Origin: Clostridiales bacterium
Lineage (GTDB): Bacteria; Bacillota; Peptococcia; DRI-13; UBA5745
NCBI GenBank assembly: GCA_038562165.1
Contig: JBCFAO010000018.1
Span: 764 to 64,763, forward strand
Reading direction: 5' to 3'
Length of the DNA stretch: 64,000 nucleotides
The notes under the pieces are model-generated. The model saw only the letters and a program-made list of their open reading frames with translations. It did not search any database and was not told the DNA's origin. Below are positions 17,281-24,370 of the stretch, piece after piece; within the stretch, counting starts at the first letter, position 1; every line of letters starts with the position of its first letter. A program made the translations under genes and the position numbers.

Positions 17281-19062
17281 ATGCCAAACCGTAAGCCGGA
17301 TCTGCCCCTGGTCCTGATTACAATCGTTACCTTGCTATTGGTAATCTTGATATACGTGGGCTCCTATACTGCCGCCCTCCGTTTTTTAAGCCAGCGCAAT
17401 CATTTAAACATCCCCACCGCTATGCTGGCTTTATTTTTCAGTTTTGTTTTTGCCTCTACCTGCATCATCCTGCTGCTGGAGCACGAGGATCCCAGCCGTA
17501 CCCTGGCCTGGCTCCTGGTATTGCTGGCTTTTCCCGTAGTGGGTTTTATCTTATATTTGCTCTTTGGCCAGCGGCTGATCAAAAAGCAGAAGCTGAGCCG
17601 CCATTTGCGCCGGGCCTACGGTCAAACGGGGGTGATGGGCAAGACCACCTTAAGATTTCGCAAAGGCTTTTCTCCCGTGGCCCCGGGTAGCTGCCCCTTG
17701 ACGGAAATGAACAGATTCCCCAAAGATTCTGTACAGATGCGCATGAGCCATCTCATTTACAACAGCAGCGGCACCCGCATCACTTGCTCCAACTGGGTTC
17801 ATATTTTAAATGACGGCATCCGTATTTTTCCGGCCATGCTGACGGCTATCGCCGGGGCTAAACATCATATCCATCTGGAAAGCTATATATTAAGGGATGA
17901 CGAAGTCGGGAAATTGTTTTTCGAGGTATTGGCCGAAAAAGCTGCCGCCGGTGTGCAAGTCAGGATTATTACCGATGGCGTCGGCTCCCTTAGCTTCAAA
18001 AATAAAAGAATTACGGAATTAAAAGAACAGGGCATTCAGGTCCAGGTTTACTTTCCCTTACGTTTTACACTGTTTCGCAACAAGCTGAATTACCGCAATC
18101 ACCGTAAGATCCTGGTGGTGGACGGCAAAACCGGCTTTGTAGGCGGCGCCAATATCGGCAACGATTATCTGGGCCTTTATCCCGATATCGGCAATTGGCG
18201 GGATACCCAGCTAATGATCCACGGCCCCGCCGTAGCCGATTTGCAGCGCATCTTTTTTCAGGATTGGGTTACTCTTACGGGCCGGCTGCCCCAGGACAGC
18301 AAAGACAAGTATTACCCCGCCTTCACCGAAACCGACCGGCTGGCCGTCGCCGCCCCTGTTTTTCCCGATTATTTGGCCCACCTGGGCAAGGTGACTCTGG
18401 TCATGGCCCAGGCCATGGCCCTCAACGCGGCAGCGGCAGCGGGCAACAGCAACATAACGGTGGATCCTCTATCCTCCAATGAAGAAGGCTTGCCTCCTTT
18501 TCAGCCGGATTACAGCCAGGCCGTGCAGATTGCAGCCAGCGGTCCCGACAGCCCCTATGAATCGATTATGCAGGCTTACCATTATGCCATCGCCACGGCA
18601 AAGCATACGATTTATATTACATCCCCTTACTTCATCCCTAATCAAAGCATTCTGACGGCACTGAAAACCGCAGCTTTGGCCGGTATCGACGTCAACTTGC
18701 TGGTACCCCGCAATCCCGATCACCAGTTGGTTTATATGGCGGCTATGCCTTACATTGAAGACCTGTTGGAGGATGGCGTTAAAGTCTGGCTTTACCGCAA
18801 AGGCTTTCTTCATTCAAAAATTGTCACGGTGGACGACACCATTGCCATCGTAGGTACGGCCAATATGGATCAGCGCAGCTTTGCTCTCAATTTTGAGGTC
18901 AATGCCCTGATTTATGATAAAAAAACGGTGGAAGAGCTAAATAACGCTTTCCACCGGGATTTAGCCGACGCCGATGGCCTGGATTTAAACGTGATGAAAA
19001 AACGCCCCTTGTCCAGAAGAATACTGGAATCCACCAGCCGGCTGCTATCACCGCTTTTGTAG
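17281..19062 (+). CDS. cls: cardiolipin synthase
   Basis: N-terminal TM helices and two PLD HKD motifs (HRKILVVDGKTGFVGGANI and HSKIVTVDDTIAIVGTANMD). At 593 aa it is longer than usual because of an Ala-rich insert between the PLD halves. Confidence 0.9.
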   Translation: MPNRKPDLPLVLITIVTLLLVILIYVGSYTAALRFLSQRNHLNIPTAMLALFFSFVFASTCIILLLEHEDPSRTLAWLLVLLAFPVVGFILYLLFGQRLIKKQKLSRHLRRAYGQTGVMGKTTLRFRKGFSPVAPGSCPLTEMNRFPKDSVQMRMSHLIYNSSGTRITCSNWVHILNDGIRIFPAMLTAIAGAKHHIHLESYILRDDEVGKLFFEVLAEKAAAGVQVRIITDGVGSLSFKNKRITELKEQGIQVQVYFPLRFTLFRNKLNYRNHRKILVVDGKTGFVGGANIGNDYLGLYPDIGNWRDTQLMIHGPAVADLQRIFFQDWVTLTGRLPQDSKDKYYPAFTETDRLAVAAPVFPDYLAHLGKVTLVMAQAMALNAAAAAGNSNITVDPLSSNEEGLPPFQPDYSQAVQIAASGPDSPYESIMQAYHYAIATAKHTIYITSPYFIPNQSILTALKTAALAGIDVNLLVPRNPDHQLVYMAAMPYIEDLLEDGVKVWLYRKGFLHSKIVTVDDTIAIVGTANMDQRSFALNFEVNALIYDKKTVEELNNAFHRDLADADGLDLNVMKKRPLSRRILESTSRLLSPLL

Positions 19063-19221
19063 AGGGGGAATGAATCTTATACATACCCTCTTCCCTTTAT
19101 TAAATATAACAAACATGTGGTAAATATGGCCTATTATTATTGTTTTTGCCAAAAGATGATGTTATAGTGGAATTAAGGCGAAAAAAAGGGTTTAGCCTTA
19201 TACCCTGAAAGGAAGGTTACA

Positions 19222-20703
19222 TTGAGCTGTTATAAACCCAAGGGGCCTTCTGAAGGCCTATTTAATATATATTCCTGTAAACCAAGGTTAGCAACAGTGC
19301 GGCCGGAAAATATGGACGAGTTGGATCGCTGTTTATCCATTGTAATTAACCAAATGGTAGCCGAAGGTAGTTTGAGCCTTTATTTTCAAGATTTGCCGGC
19401 GAGCCAGGTTGACAAGCACTGGACAGACTTTATCGCCCGTCTGGCAGCTAAAGACATTCCCTATACTCCCGTCCCGCCTGTTCAAAGGAGTGAGGCTGAC
19501 GACAACCTCAGCCAAATGGATTCTTCGTTCCCTAAAACAACCGAAGGCCGGAGGGCGACAGCTAGCTTGATACCTCATCCCTCAAATTTTTCCAGGGATG
19601 ATCTGAAACGGGCCTGGCAGGATTTGCAGTCCAGACTGGCTGCCAAATCTTCTTCTGCTACGACCGGCAATCAAAGATTGGAGGCAGAGCCCATGATAAA
19701 TGTTACGATTGACGATATGGATAAGCTGTTGTCCCGCGGAATCCATTCCATGATAAATCAGAGCTACCTGAATGATGACGTTAATGCCAATGCCGATAAT
19801 AATGATCCTGACTCCTCCGCCCCTTCCGAGGAAGAGATCAATTTGCTTTGGCAGGAGCTGCAAGACAGAGTAGCTGAAAAAGTCAAAAAGGCTTCTCTGC
19901 GTCCAGATGGGCCGCCAGCCCTCGATGAGGTGACCGAGGCCAGGATGGATCAACTGCTGACCCGGGAAATCCGGAGTCTGGTGGATGATGCCGGTTTGAT
20001 CCCCAGCCTGCCTGATCTGACAGCCCAAGACATGAATAAGGCTTTAGCAGACTTTGCCAGGCGGCTGGATAAGCGCAATATCCCCGTACCGGAGAATTGG
20101 CCTGTCGCCAAGGAGAATCCCCGCCGCAGTCCTTTAAACAAGCTTTTGACGGTTATTGCGGCAGCTCTGATTCTGGCTTTGGCTCTGGGGGCCATTGGCT
20201 CCTTTATGCCCCAGGAAATTACCGCTTGGCAAAAGAAATTCCGGGCCTTAATCACCGGCCGCAGTGAATCCAGTATAGTGGTGAAAGAGGTGAAGCCCTT
20301 AGACCCGGGCATATACGAAATGGGCAGCTACGAAGAAGTCAATCAGTACGTGCCGTTCGTACCGATTTATCCCTACGATAAGCTGCCCTCGGGTTATGAA
20401 GAAAAAATGCTGAAATTAGAGAAGACTGTAGAAGGTGAGTTTATTATTGAGTGGATTTTCGCAAAAGAAGATGAGACGTTTATCCAAATCAGGCAAAGAG
20501 ATATGGACAAAGCTGCTTGGAGCATGATGTTAAATGAGCAGCAGGAACCTCAAAAGCTTGATTTAGGTAATGGCAAAACCTGCATAGTGCAAAAACATGA
20601 TTCGAATACTCTTTACTCTTTAAACGAAGGCAAAGTAACTATCACAACGAACCTTGTTGATTCTCCCGACATCATAAACCTATTAAAACAGCTAGCCTTC
20701 TAA
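19222..20703 (+). CDS. single-pass membrane protein with repeated cytoplasmic modules and DUF4367-like extracytoplasmic domain
   Basis: 493 aa. Three copies of MD(E/K/Q)L..R....I....... and four copies of W.(D/E)(L/F)..RL..K; one TM (LLTVIAAALILALALGAIGSF); C-terminal beta-rich domain. The start is uncertain: TTG at 19222, or ATG 93 nt downstream. Confidence 0.5.
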   Translation: MSCYKPKGPSEGLFNIYSCKPRLATVRPENMDELDRCLSIVINQMVAEGSLSLYFQDLPASQVDKHWTDFIARLAAKDIPYTPVPPVQRSEADDNLSQMDSSFPKTTEGRRATASLIPHPSNFSRDDLKRAWQDLQSRLAAKSSSATTGNQRLEAEPMINVTIDDMDKLLSRGIHSMINQSYLNDDVNANADNNDPDSSAPSEEEINLLWQELQDRVAEKVKKASLRPDGPPALDEVTEARMDQLLTREIRSLVDDAGLIPSLPDLTAQDMNKALADFARRLDKRNIPVPENWPVAKENPRRSPLNKLLTVIAAALILALALGAIGSFMPQEITAWQKKFRALITGRSESSIVVKEVKPLDPGIYEMGSYEEVNQYVPFVPIYPYDKLPSGYEEKMLKLEKTVEGEFIIEWIFAKEDETFIQIRQRDMDKAAWSMMLNEQQEPQKLDLGNGKTCIVQKHDSNTLYSLNEGKVTITTNLVDSPDIINLLKQLAF

Positions 20704-21096
20704 TCAGGGAATTGAGATGGCACTACAATAATTAGACAGAGTAACGCCACCGGCAGTAGCCGTTACATAAGCCCGATAATATCCAGAAGCTAGACCAGAT
20801 TTTGCAGTAGAAAGAGTATGTTCACTGCCGGCGCCATATTGATTACTATAGGTTTTGCTATCAATATTCTCATAAACACCGGAACGGACTTCCCGTTGTA
20901 AAGTTATTGTAACGTTGTAGTAGCCTAGCTGGCTAAGAACCGGAGTTCCATAGCAAGTGATATAGCTAGTACCCTTATTAATGCCAGCTCCCACTCCTGT
21001 AAGCGTTGCCGCCGCCATAGCTACCGTGGGCAAAATCGAAACCATCATCATAACAACAGCTAAAATCAGGGCAATACGTTTTCTACTCTTTTTCAT
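20704..21096 (-). CDS. small secreted hypothetical protein
   Basis: 130 aa with signal peptide MKKSRKRIALILAVVMMMVSILPTVAMAA and a GGAGG RBS. AT-rich relative to its neighbours. Confidence 0.55.
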   Translation of the reverse strand: MKKSRKRIALILAVVMMMVSILPTVAMAAATLTGVGAGINKGTSYITCYGTPVLSQLGYYNVTITLQREVRSGVYENIDSKTYSNQYGAGSEHTLSTAKSGLASGYYRAYVTATAGGVTLSNYCSAISIP

Positions 21097-21133
21097 TCTC
21101 TTTCCTCCTAAAAAATTGTTTGCGACAGTGAAT

Positions 21134-21160
21134 TGTCGAATCTTAGACCGTCATGTCGAA
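21134..21160. promoter_or_regulatory. two Spo0A-box-like sites (TGTCGAA) upstream of the small secreted protein gene
   Basis: Perfect TGTCGAA at 21134-21140 and 21154-21160, 20 bp apart and 38-64 bp from the ATG at 21096. A related GCGACA lies at 21122-21127. Confidence 0.35.
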
Positions 21161-21363
21161 AAAGCGTTTCCTTTCCCCGAAAGATATCGATAGTCCTGAG
21201 GGGTGAAACCTTTTTTTACTTAGATGGTCTAAATATTTTTTAGGATATTTTTAGTATACTTATGGATGTTTGGTTATACAAATCCTGGGATAAGTATTAG
21301 TAGCTCAACTTTCCTAAATTTCGCTATACACATGCCACTCCACACTACCGTGGGCCTCCCGTC

Positions 21364-21465
21364 TTGCTCAAAAATGCAGGTTTGTCAACCGTCGGCTTGG
21401 GAAATGTGCAAAATTGCAAGTTTGTAGTGTCCACTCACAGCGTTTTGCTCAAAATTTCAAGTTTA
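21364..21465. repeat. Repeat locus B, forward array (3 copies, 40-41 bp period)
   Basis: Copies at 21364-21385, 21405-21425 and 21445-21465: TTGCTCAAAAATGCAGGTTTGT / TGTGCAAAATTGCAAGTTTGT / TTGCTCAAAATTTCAAGTTTA. Confidence 0.9.
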
Positions 21466-21546
21466 GAGGGCGTATTCCGGCCTGAAAATAGGGTTTTCCT
21501 CCTATTTATCGGCTAAATCTGTTCCAAAGCGGTGATTTAGGCATGA

Positions 21547-21650
21547 ACAAACCTGCATTTTTGCACAGTTAGTTCAAGCTAACAACGACAAACCTGCATT
21601 TTTGCTCAGTTAGCCCCGGCGAACAACGACAAACCTGCATTTTTGAGCAG
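21547..21650. repeat. Repeat locus B, reverse array (3 copies, 41 bp period)
   Basis: Copies at 21547-21572, 21588-21614 and 21629-21650: ACAAACCTGCATTTTTGC(A/T)CAGTTAG(C). The linker AACAACG is also repeated. Confidence 0.9.
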
Positions 21651-21658
21651 ATCACAGT

Positions 21659-21771
21659 CTCCCACTACTGCCGCCTCACACTACTGCCGCCTTACACTAC
21701 TGCCGCCTTACACTACTGACGCCTTCCACTACTGACGCCTTCCACTACTGACGCCTTCCACTGCAGCCCCC
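21659..21771. repeat. 16-bp tandem repeat (about 7 units, TTMCACTACTGMCGCC)
   Basis: Units start at 21661, 21676, 21692, 21708, 21724, 21740 and 21756. The unit length is not a multiple of 3. Two sub-variants (CTGCCGCC, then CTGACGCC) occur in blocks. Confidence 0.9.
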
Positions 21772-21877
21772 CACTGCCTCCACTACCCACCCCTGACGAT
21801 TATAATTTTTCGGGCAGCCAGGATATTAAGCAAAATAACTGGCAGCTTTCGTTAATTACAGCAGAATACAATGACCC

Positions 21878-21909
21878 GGCAAAAAGGCAAAAAGGCGAAA
21901 AGGCAAAAA
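21878..21909. repeat. 8-bp A-tract tandem repeat (GGCRAAAA x4)
   Basis: GGCAAAAA GGCAAAAA GGCGAAAA GGCAAAAA. Confidence 0.85.
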
Positions 21910-21986
21910 GGTGCTGTCTCAATTGGCATCAGTCTCAGTCTGTCGTACTGCCCGCTGCCTTAGTGATTCTATCGCGGGTCCTGGCT

Positions 21987-22144
21987 GTGCAAAAATCGAG
22001 GTTGTGCACTGATTTTGTAGGCCTTCAAGCTAAACGACCGTAATTTTTTCGGTTTCACTCCAATTTTTCCTTGAATTTGCGAATTTTTTCGGTTACGCCT
22101 ATATTATCTAGTGCTAACTTCTTGCACAACCTCGATTTTTGCAC
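21987..22144. repeat. perfect 22-bp inverted-repeat pair (variant of the family motif) enclosing 114 bp
   Basis: GTGCAAAAATCGAGGTTGTGCA at 21987-22008 and its exact reverse complement at 22123-22144. The interior holds the direct repeat AATTTTTTCGGTT twice (about 22041 and 22082). Confidence 0.9.
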
Positions 22145-22150
22145 ACTTGA

Positions 22151-22213
22151 GGGGGTTACTGCCGGGGGCGGGGGCGGTGCCGGGGCGGTGCCGGGGGCGG
22201 TGCCGGGGCGGGT
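22151..22213 (+). other. G-run tandem repeat (GCCGGGGCGGT-like x4), potential G-quadruplex on the plus strand
   Basis: GGGGGttactgccGGGGGcGGGGGcGGtgccGGGGcGGtgccGGGGGcGGtgccGGGGcGGG. Confidence 0.6.
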
Positions 22214-22250
22214 CAGCGTGGTCAGCATCGTGCGGGCGAAGAGAAAACAA

Positions 22251-22305
22251 AGGAAGGGCTGTCTCGAATTGGTTTTTGAAAAACCAATTCGAGACAGCCC
22301 TTCCT
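22251..22305 (-). terminator. 55-bp perfect palindrome (27-bp arms), probable terminator of the DUF6530-like gene
   Basis: AGGAAGGGCTGTCTCGAATTGGTTTTT-g-AAAAACCAATTCGAGACAGCCCTTCCT. On the minus strand it is followed by TTGTTTTCTCTT. A partial third copy (GGTGCTGTCTCAATTGG) lies at about 21909-21927. Confidence 0.6.
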
Positions 22306-22333
22306 ATTAAACACGACCATTATATCCCTGAGA

Positions 22334-22849
22334 TCAATATCCCATTTCTTTCAGCAGTCTGGACAGCACCGCCATCCGCTCCCCCAGCAGCTCCCCGTTA
22401 TTGCTGAGAGCTTGGGAAAATAGCTTAATATCCTCGTCAATCAGCGGATTATCCTGACATACCGCCAAAGTCATAGCATCTCCCTGAAGCCCCATTCTAT
22501 CGATCAGCGGCTTCCCTTCATCATAAAACTTAGGGTAGCGGTAAGCTGTCTCCCGAAAATATTGGCTGGTGCGGCAGATCATAATCGCCAGGTCCAGCAC
22601 CCGGTGCAGAGGCAGCTCTTCCGACTGGCGGGACCATTTCTCTCCGGTGTAGCGCCAAACCTTGGCGGAAATATCCACCTTGCCCCGGTCATTCCATTGG
22701 GCAAGCCCCAGGGAAAGCCCTTTAGCATCAGTGTTGAAAGCCGCTCTGCCGTCCACCCGCTCATAATCTTCCGCTACAATTACCGGTTTGTGCTTTAGGG
22801 ACACCGGTATTTTTTTGCCGCTTTCTTTTTTGTTTTGATCATCTGTCAT
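22334..22849 (-). CDS. conserved hypothetical protein (DUF6530-like by recollection)
   Basis: 171 aa counted from Met 20 of the 190-aa ORF. Motifs: HKPVIVAEDYERVDGRAAFNTDAKGLSLGLAQWNDRGKVDISAKVWRYTGEKWSRQSEELPLHRVLDL. Same strand as the GIY-YIG-like gene and 62 bp downstream of it. Confidence 0.55.
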   Translation of the reverse strand: MTDDQNKKESGKKIPVSLKHKPVIVAEDYERVDGRAAFNTDAKGLSLGLAQWNDRGKVDISAKVWRYTGEKWSRQSEELPLHRVLDLAIMICRTSQYFRETAYRYPKFYDEGKPLIDRMGLQGDAMTLAVCQDNPLIDEDIKLFSQALSNNGELLGERMAVLSRLLKEMGY

Positions 22850-22910
22850 CAATGAACCAACCTCTCTTTTCTTTCTCAGCATCTGTCCTGCCGGCCTTTT
22901 TCTCAAAAGC

Positions 22911-23252
22911 CTATTTCACCTTCAGAGTGCCGGGATGCTTCTCCAGCCACATATCCTGTAAGACTTCCAAATCCTCTTTGTAATCGGTTTTGCTTTCGTC
23001 CTCGTCGTAATCCAGGCGCTCCACCACCTCGATGATCATATTTTCGGCTCCATATTTGTCGAAATCAGCCTGCAGCCTGGCGCCGGCATGCATACCGCCG
23101 GCTAGTCTGGCCTTGGTGCCGTTGATTACTCCCCGCAGATCGGCGGCGGAACCTACATAAACTTGCGTTCCCGGCCCAAAGCTTATGGCATACAGGCCCA
23201 TATCGGGCTTTGTTTGTTTATATAGCTCTTTTAACGCTTTTTTATCCACCAT
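22911..23252 (-). CDS. minimal GIY-YIG nuclease superfamily protein
   Basis: 113 aa. GLY(18-20)...YVG(32-34)...R(40)...GMHAGARLQADFDKYG...IEVVE matches the GIY / YIG / Arg / His-Asn / Glu layout of GIY-YIG_LuxR-like small proteins. AGGAGG RBS. Confidence 0.55.
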   Translation of the reverse strand: MVDKKALKELYKQTKPDMGLYAISFGPGTQVYVGSAADLRGVINGTKARLAGGMHAGARLQADFDKYGAENMIIEVVERLDYDEDESKTDYKEDLEVLQDMWLEKHPGTLKVK

Positions 23253-23277
23253 GGTGTTTTTCCTCCTTATTAACTTT

Positions 23278-23302
23278 GTAGTTTACTAATTTAGTAAACT
23301 AC
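23278..23302. promoter_or_regulatory. perfect 25-bp palindrome (operator-like) at the 5' end of the GIY-YIG operon transcript
   Basis: GTAGTTTACTAA-T-TTAGTAAACTAC, lying between the predicted -10 element and the RBS. Confidence 0.6.
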
Positions 23303-23308
23303 TAGAAC

Positions 23309-23337
23309 AGTATAAATAAAAAAGCCGCTTTTGTCAA
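23309..23337 (-). promoter_or_regulatory. near-consensus sigma-A promoter of the GIY-YIG/DUF6530-like operon
   Basis: Minus strand: TTGACA (23332-23337), a 17-nt spacer, TATACT (23309-23314). Confidence 0.6.
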
Positions 23338-23510
23338 ATACTTATATCAGGCATATTCAAAAGCATATTGAGGATAAGCGGCTCCATAGCTCTAAATCTG
23401 GTAATTTGCGGAAAAGTCATCTTGTATATTACTTAGCAATATGGTATGATTAATTGAATATTTTAGTAATTTTTACTGATAATCACGAGAAGATATAGAG
23501 GAGGTGTCCC

Positions 23511-24104
23511 ATGGAATTTTTGGCAGCAGTAAAAAACAGACGGTCGATTTATGGGTTAGGCAAGGACATCAACGTAAGCGAGGAACGAATCAAGGAAATT
23601 GTTAAAGAGGCTGTATTGCACACCCCTTCGGCTTTTAATATGCAGAGCGCCCGGGTTCTGCTTTTATTCGGAGAGCATCACCATAAGCTATGGAGTATCG
23701 TAAAGGAAACGTTGCGTAAAATCGTTAAACCCGAAGCCTTCTCCAAGACGGAAGAAAAGATTAATACTTTTGATGCAGCATACGGTTCATTGCTTTATTT
23801 CGACGATACTGCAGCAGTGGCTGCATTCCAGGAGCAATTCCCCAGATATAAAGAGAACTTTGCTATGTGGGCGCAGCACGCCAATGGCATGCTCCAGCAC
23901 GTGATTTGGACAGCCCTGGAGGCAGAAGGCTTAGGAGTTAATATACAGCACTATAACCCCATCATCGACGATGAAGTAAAAGCCACCTGGGGCGTTCCAG
24001 CCTCCTGGCAACTGATTGCCCAAATGCCCTTTGGTTCCATCACCGAGGCCGCCGGTGATAAAGAATTTGCTCCCATCGAAGAGAGGTTAAAGATTTATCC
24101 CTGA
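23511..24104 (+). CDS. nitroreductase family protein
   Basis: 197 aa with the N-terminal KNRRSIY..L motif and a TPSAFNMQSARV core. GAGGAGG RBS. Confidence 0.85.
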   Translation: MEFLAAVKNRRSIYGLGKDINVSEERIKEIVKEAVLHTPSAFNMQSARVLLLFGEHHHKLWSIVKETLRKIVKPEAFSKTEEKINTFDAAYGSLLYFDDTAAVAAFQEQFPRYKENFAMWAQHANGMLQHVIWTALEAEGLGVNIQHYNPIIDDEVKATWGVPASWQLIAQMPFGSITEAAGDKEFAPIEERLKIYP

Positions 24105-24135
24105 TCACTGGCTATTTAATTTCATAAATGCAATC

Positions 24136-24173
24136 AAAAAGGTACGTGTCCTTGATCCGGCACGTACCTTTTT
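24136..24173. terminator. bidirectional intrinsic terminator
   Basis: AAAAAGGTACGTG-12 nt-CACGTACCTTTTT, between the convergent nitroreductase and SH3 genes. Confidence 0.8.
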
Positions 24174-24370
24174 ATATTATCAAATAGACTATATTCAAGC
24201 TTCTCTGAATGTCTCTCAGACCACAGCGGTTGTCTTGCATGACAATCAAAGGGCCTTATCAAAAATGGCAGGTTATTCTTTATAAATAAAGAGTAACCTG
24301 CCAAAATTAACGCAATATGCTGTTATTCTGCAGACCGGTTTCTATTTGACCTGTCTCTTGCTTGCGCTCC

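Noticed and set aside
21364-21650. CRISPR array interpretation of the 41-bp-period repeats
   Set aside because: The variable patches between conserved cores are only about 8-13 bp. Arrays have just 2-3 units and occur as facing inverted arrays. No cas genes or leader-like region are present.
23463-23479. Second operator for the same regulator in the nitroreductase promoter
   Set aside because: Not rejected outright, but not listed as a feature. The half-sites are in everted order, one has a mismatch, and the region is AT-rich enough for chance similarity. It is mentioned only within the GIY-YIG finding.
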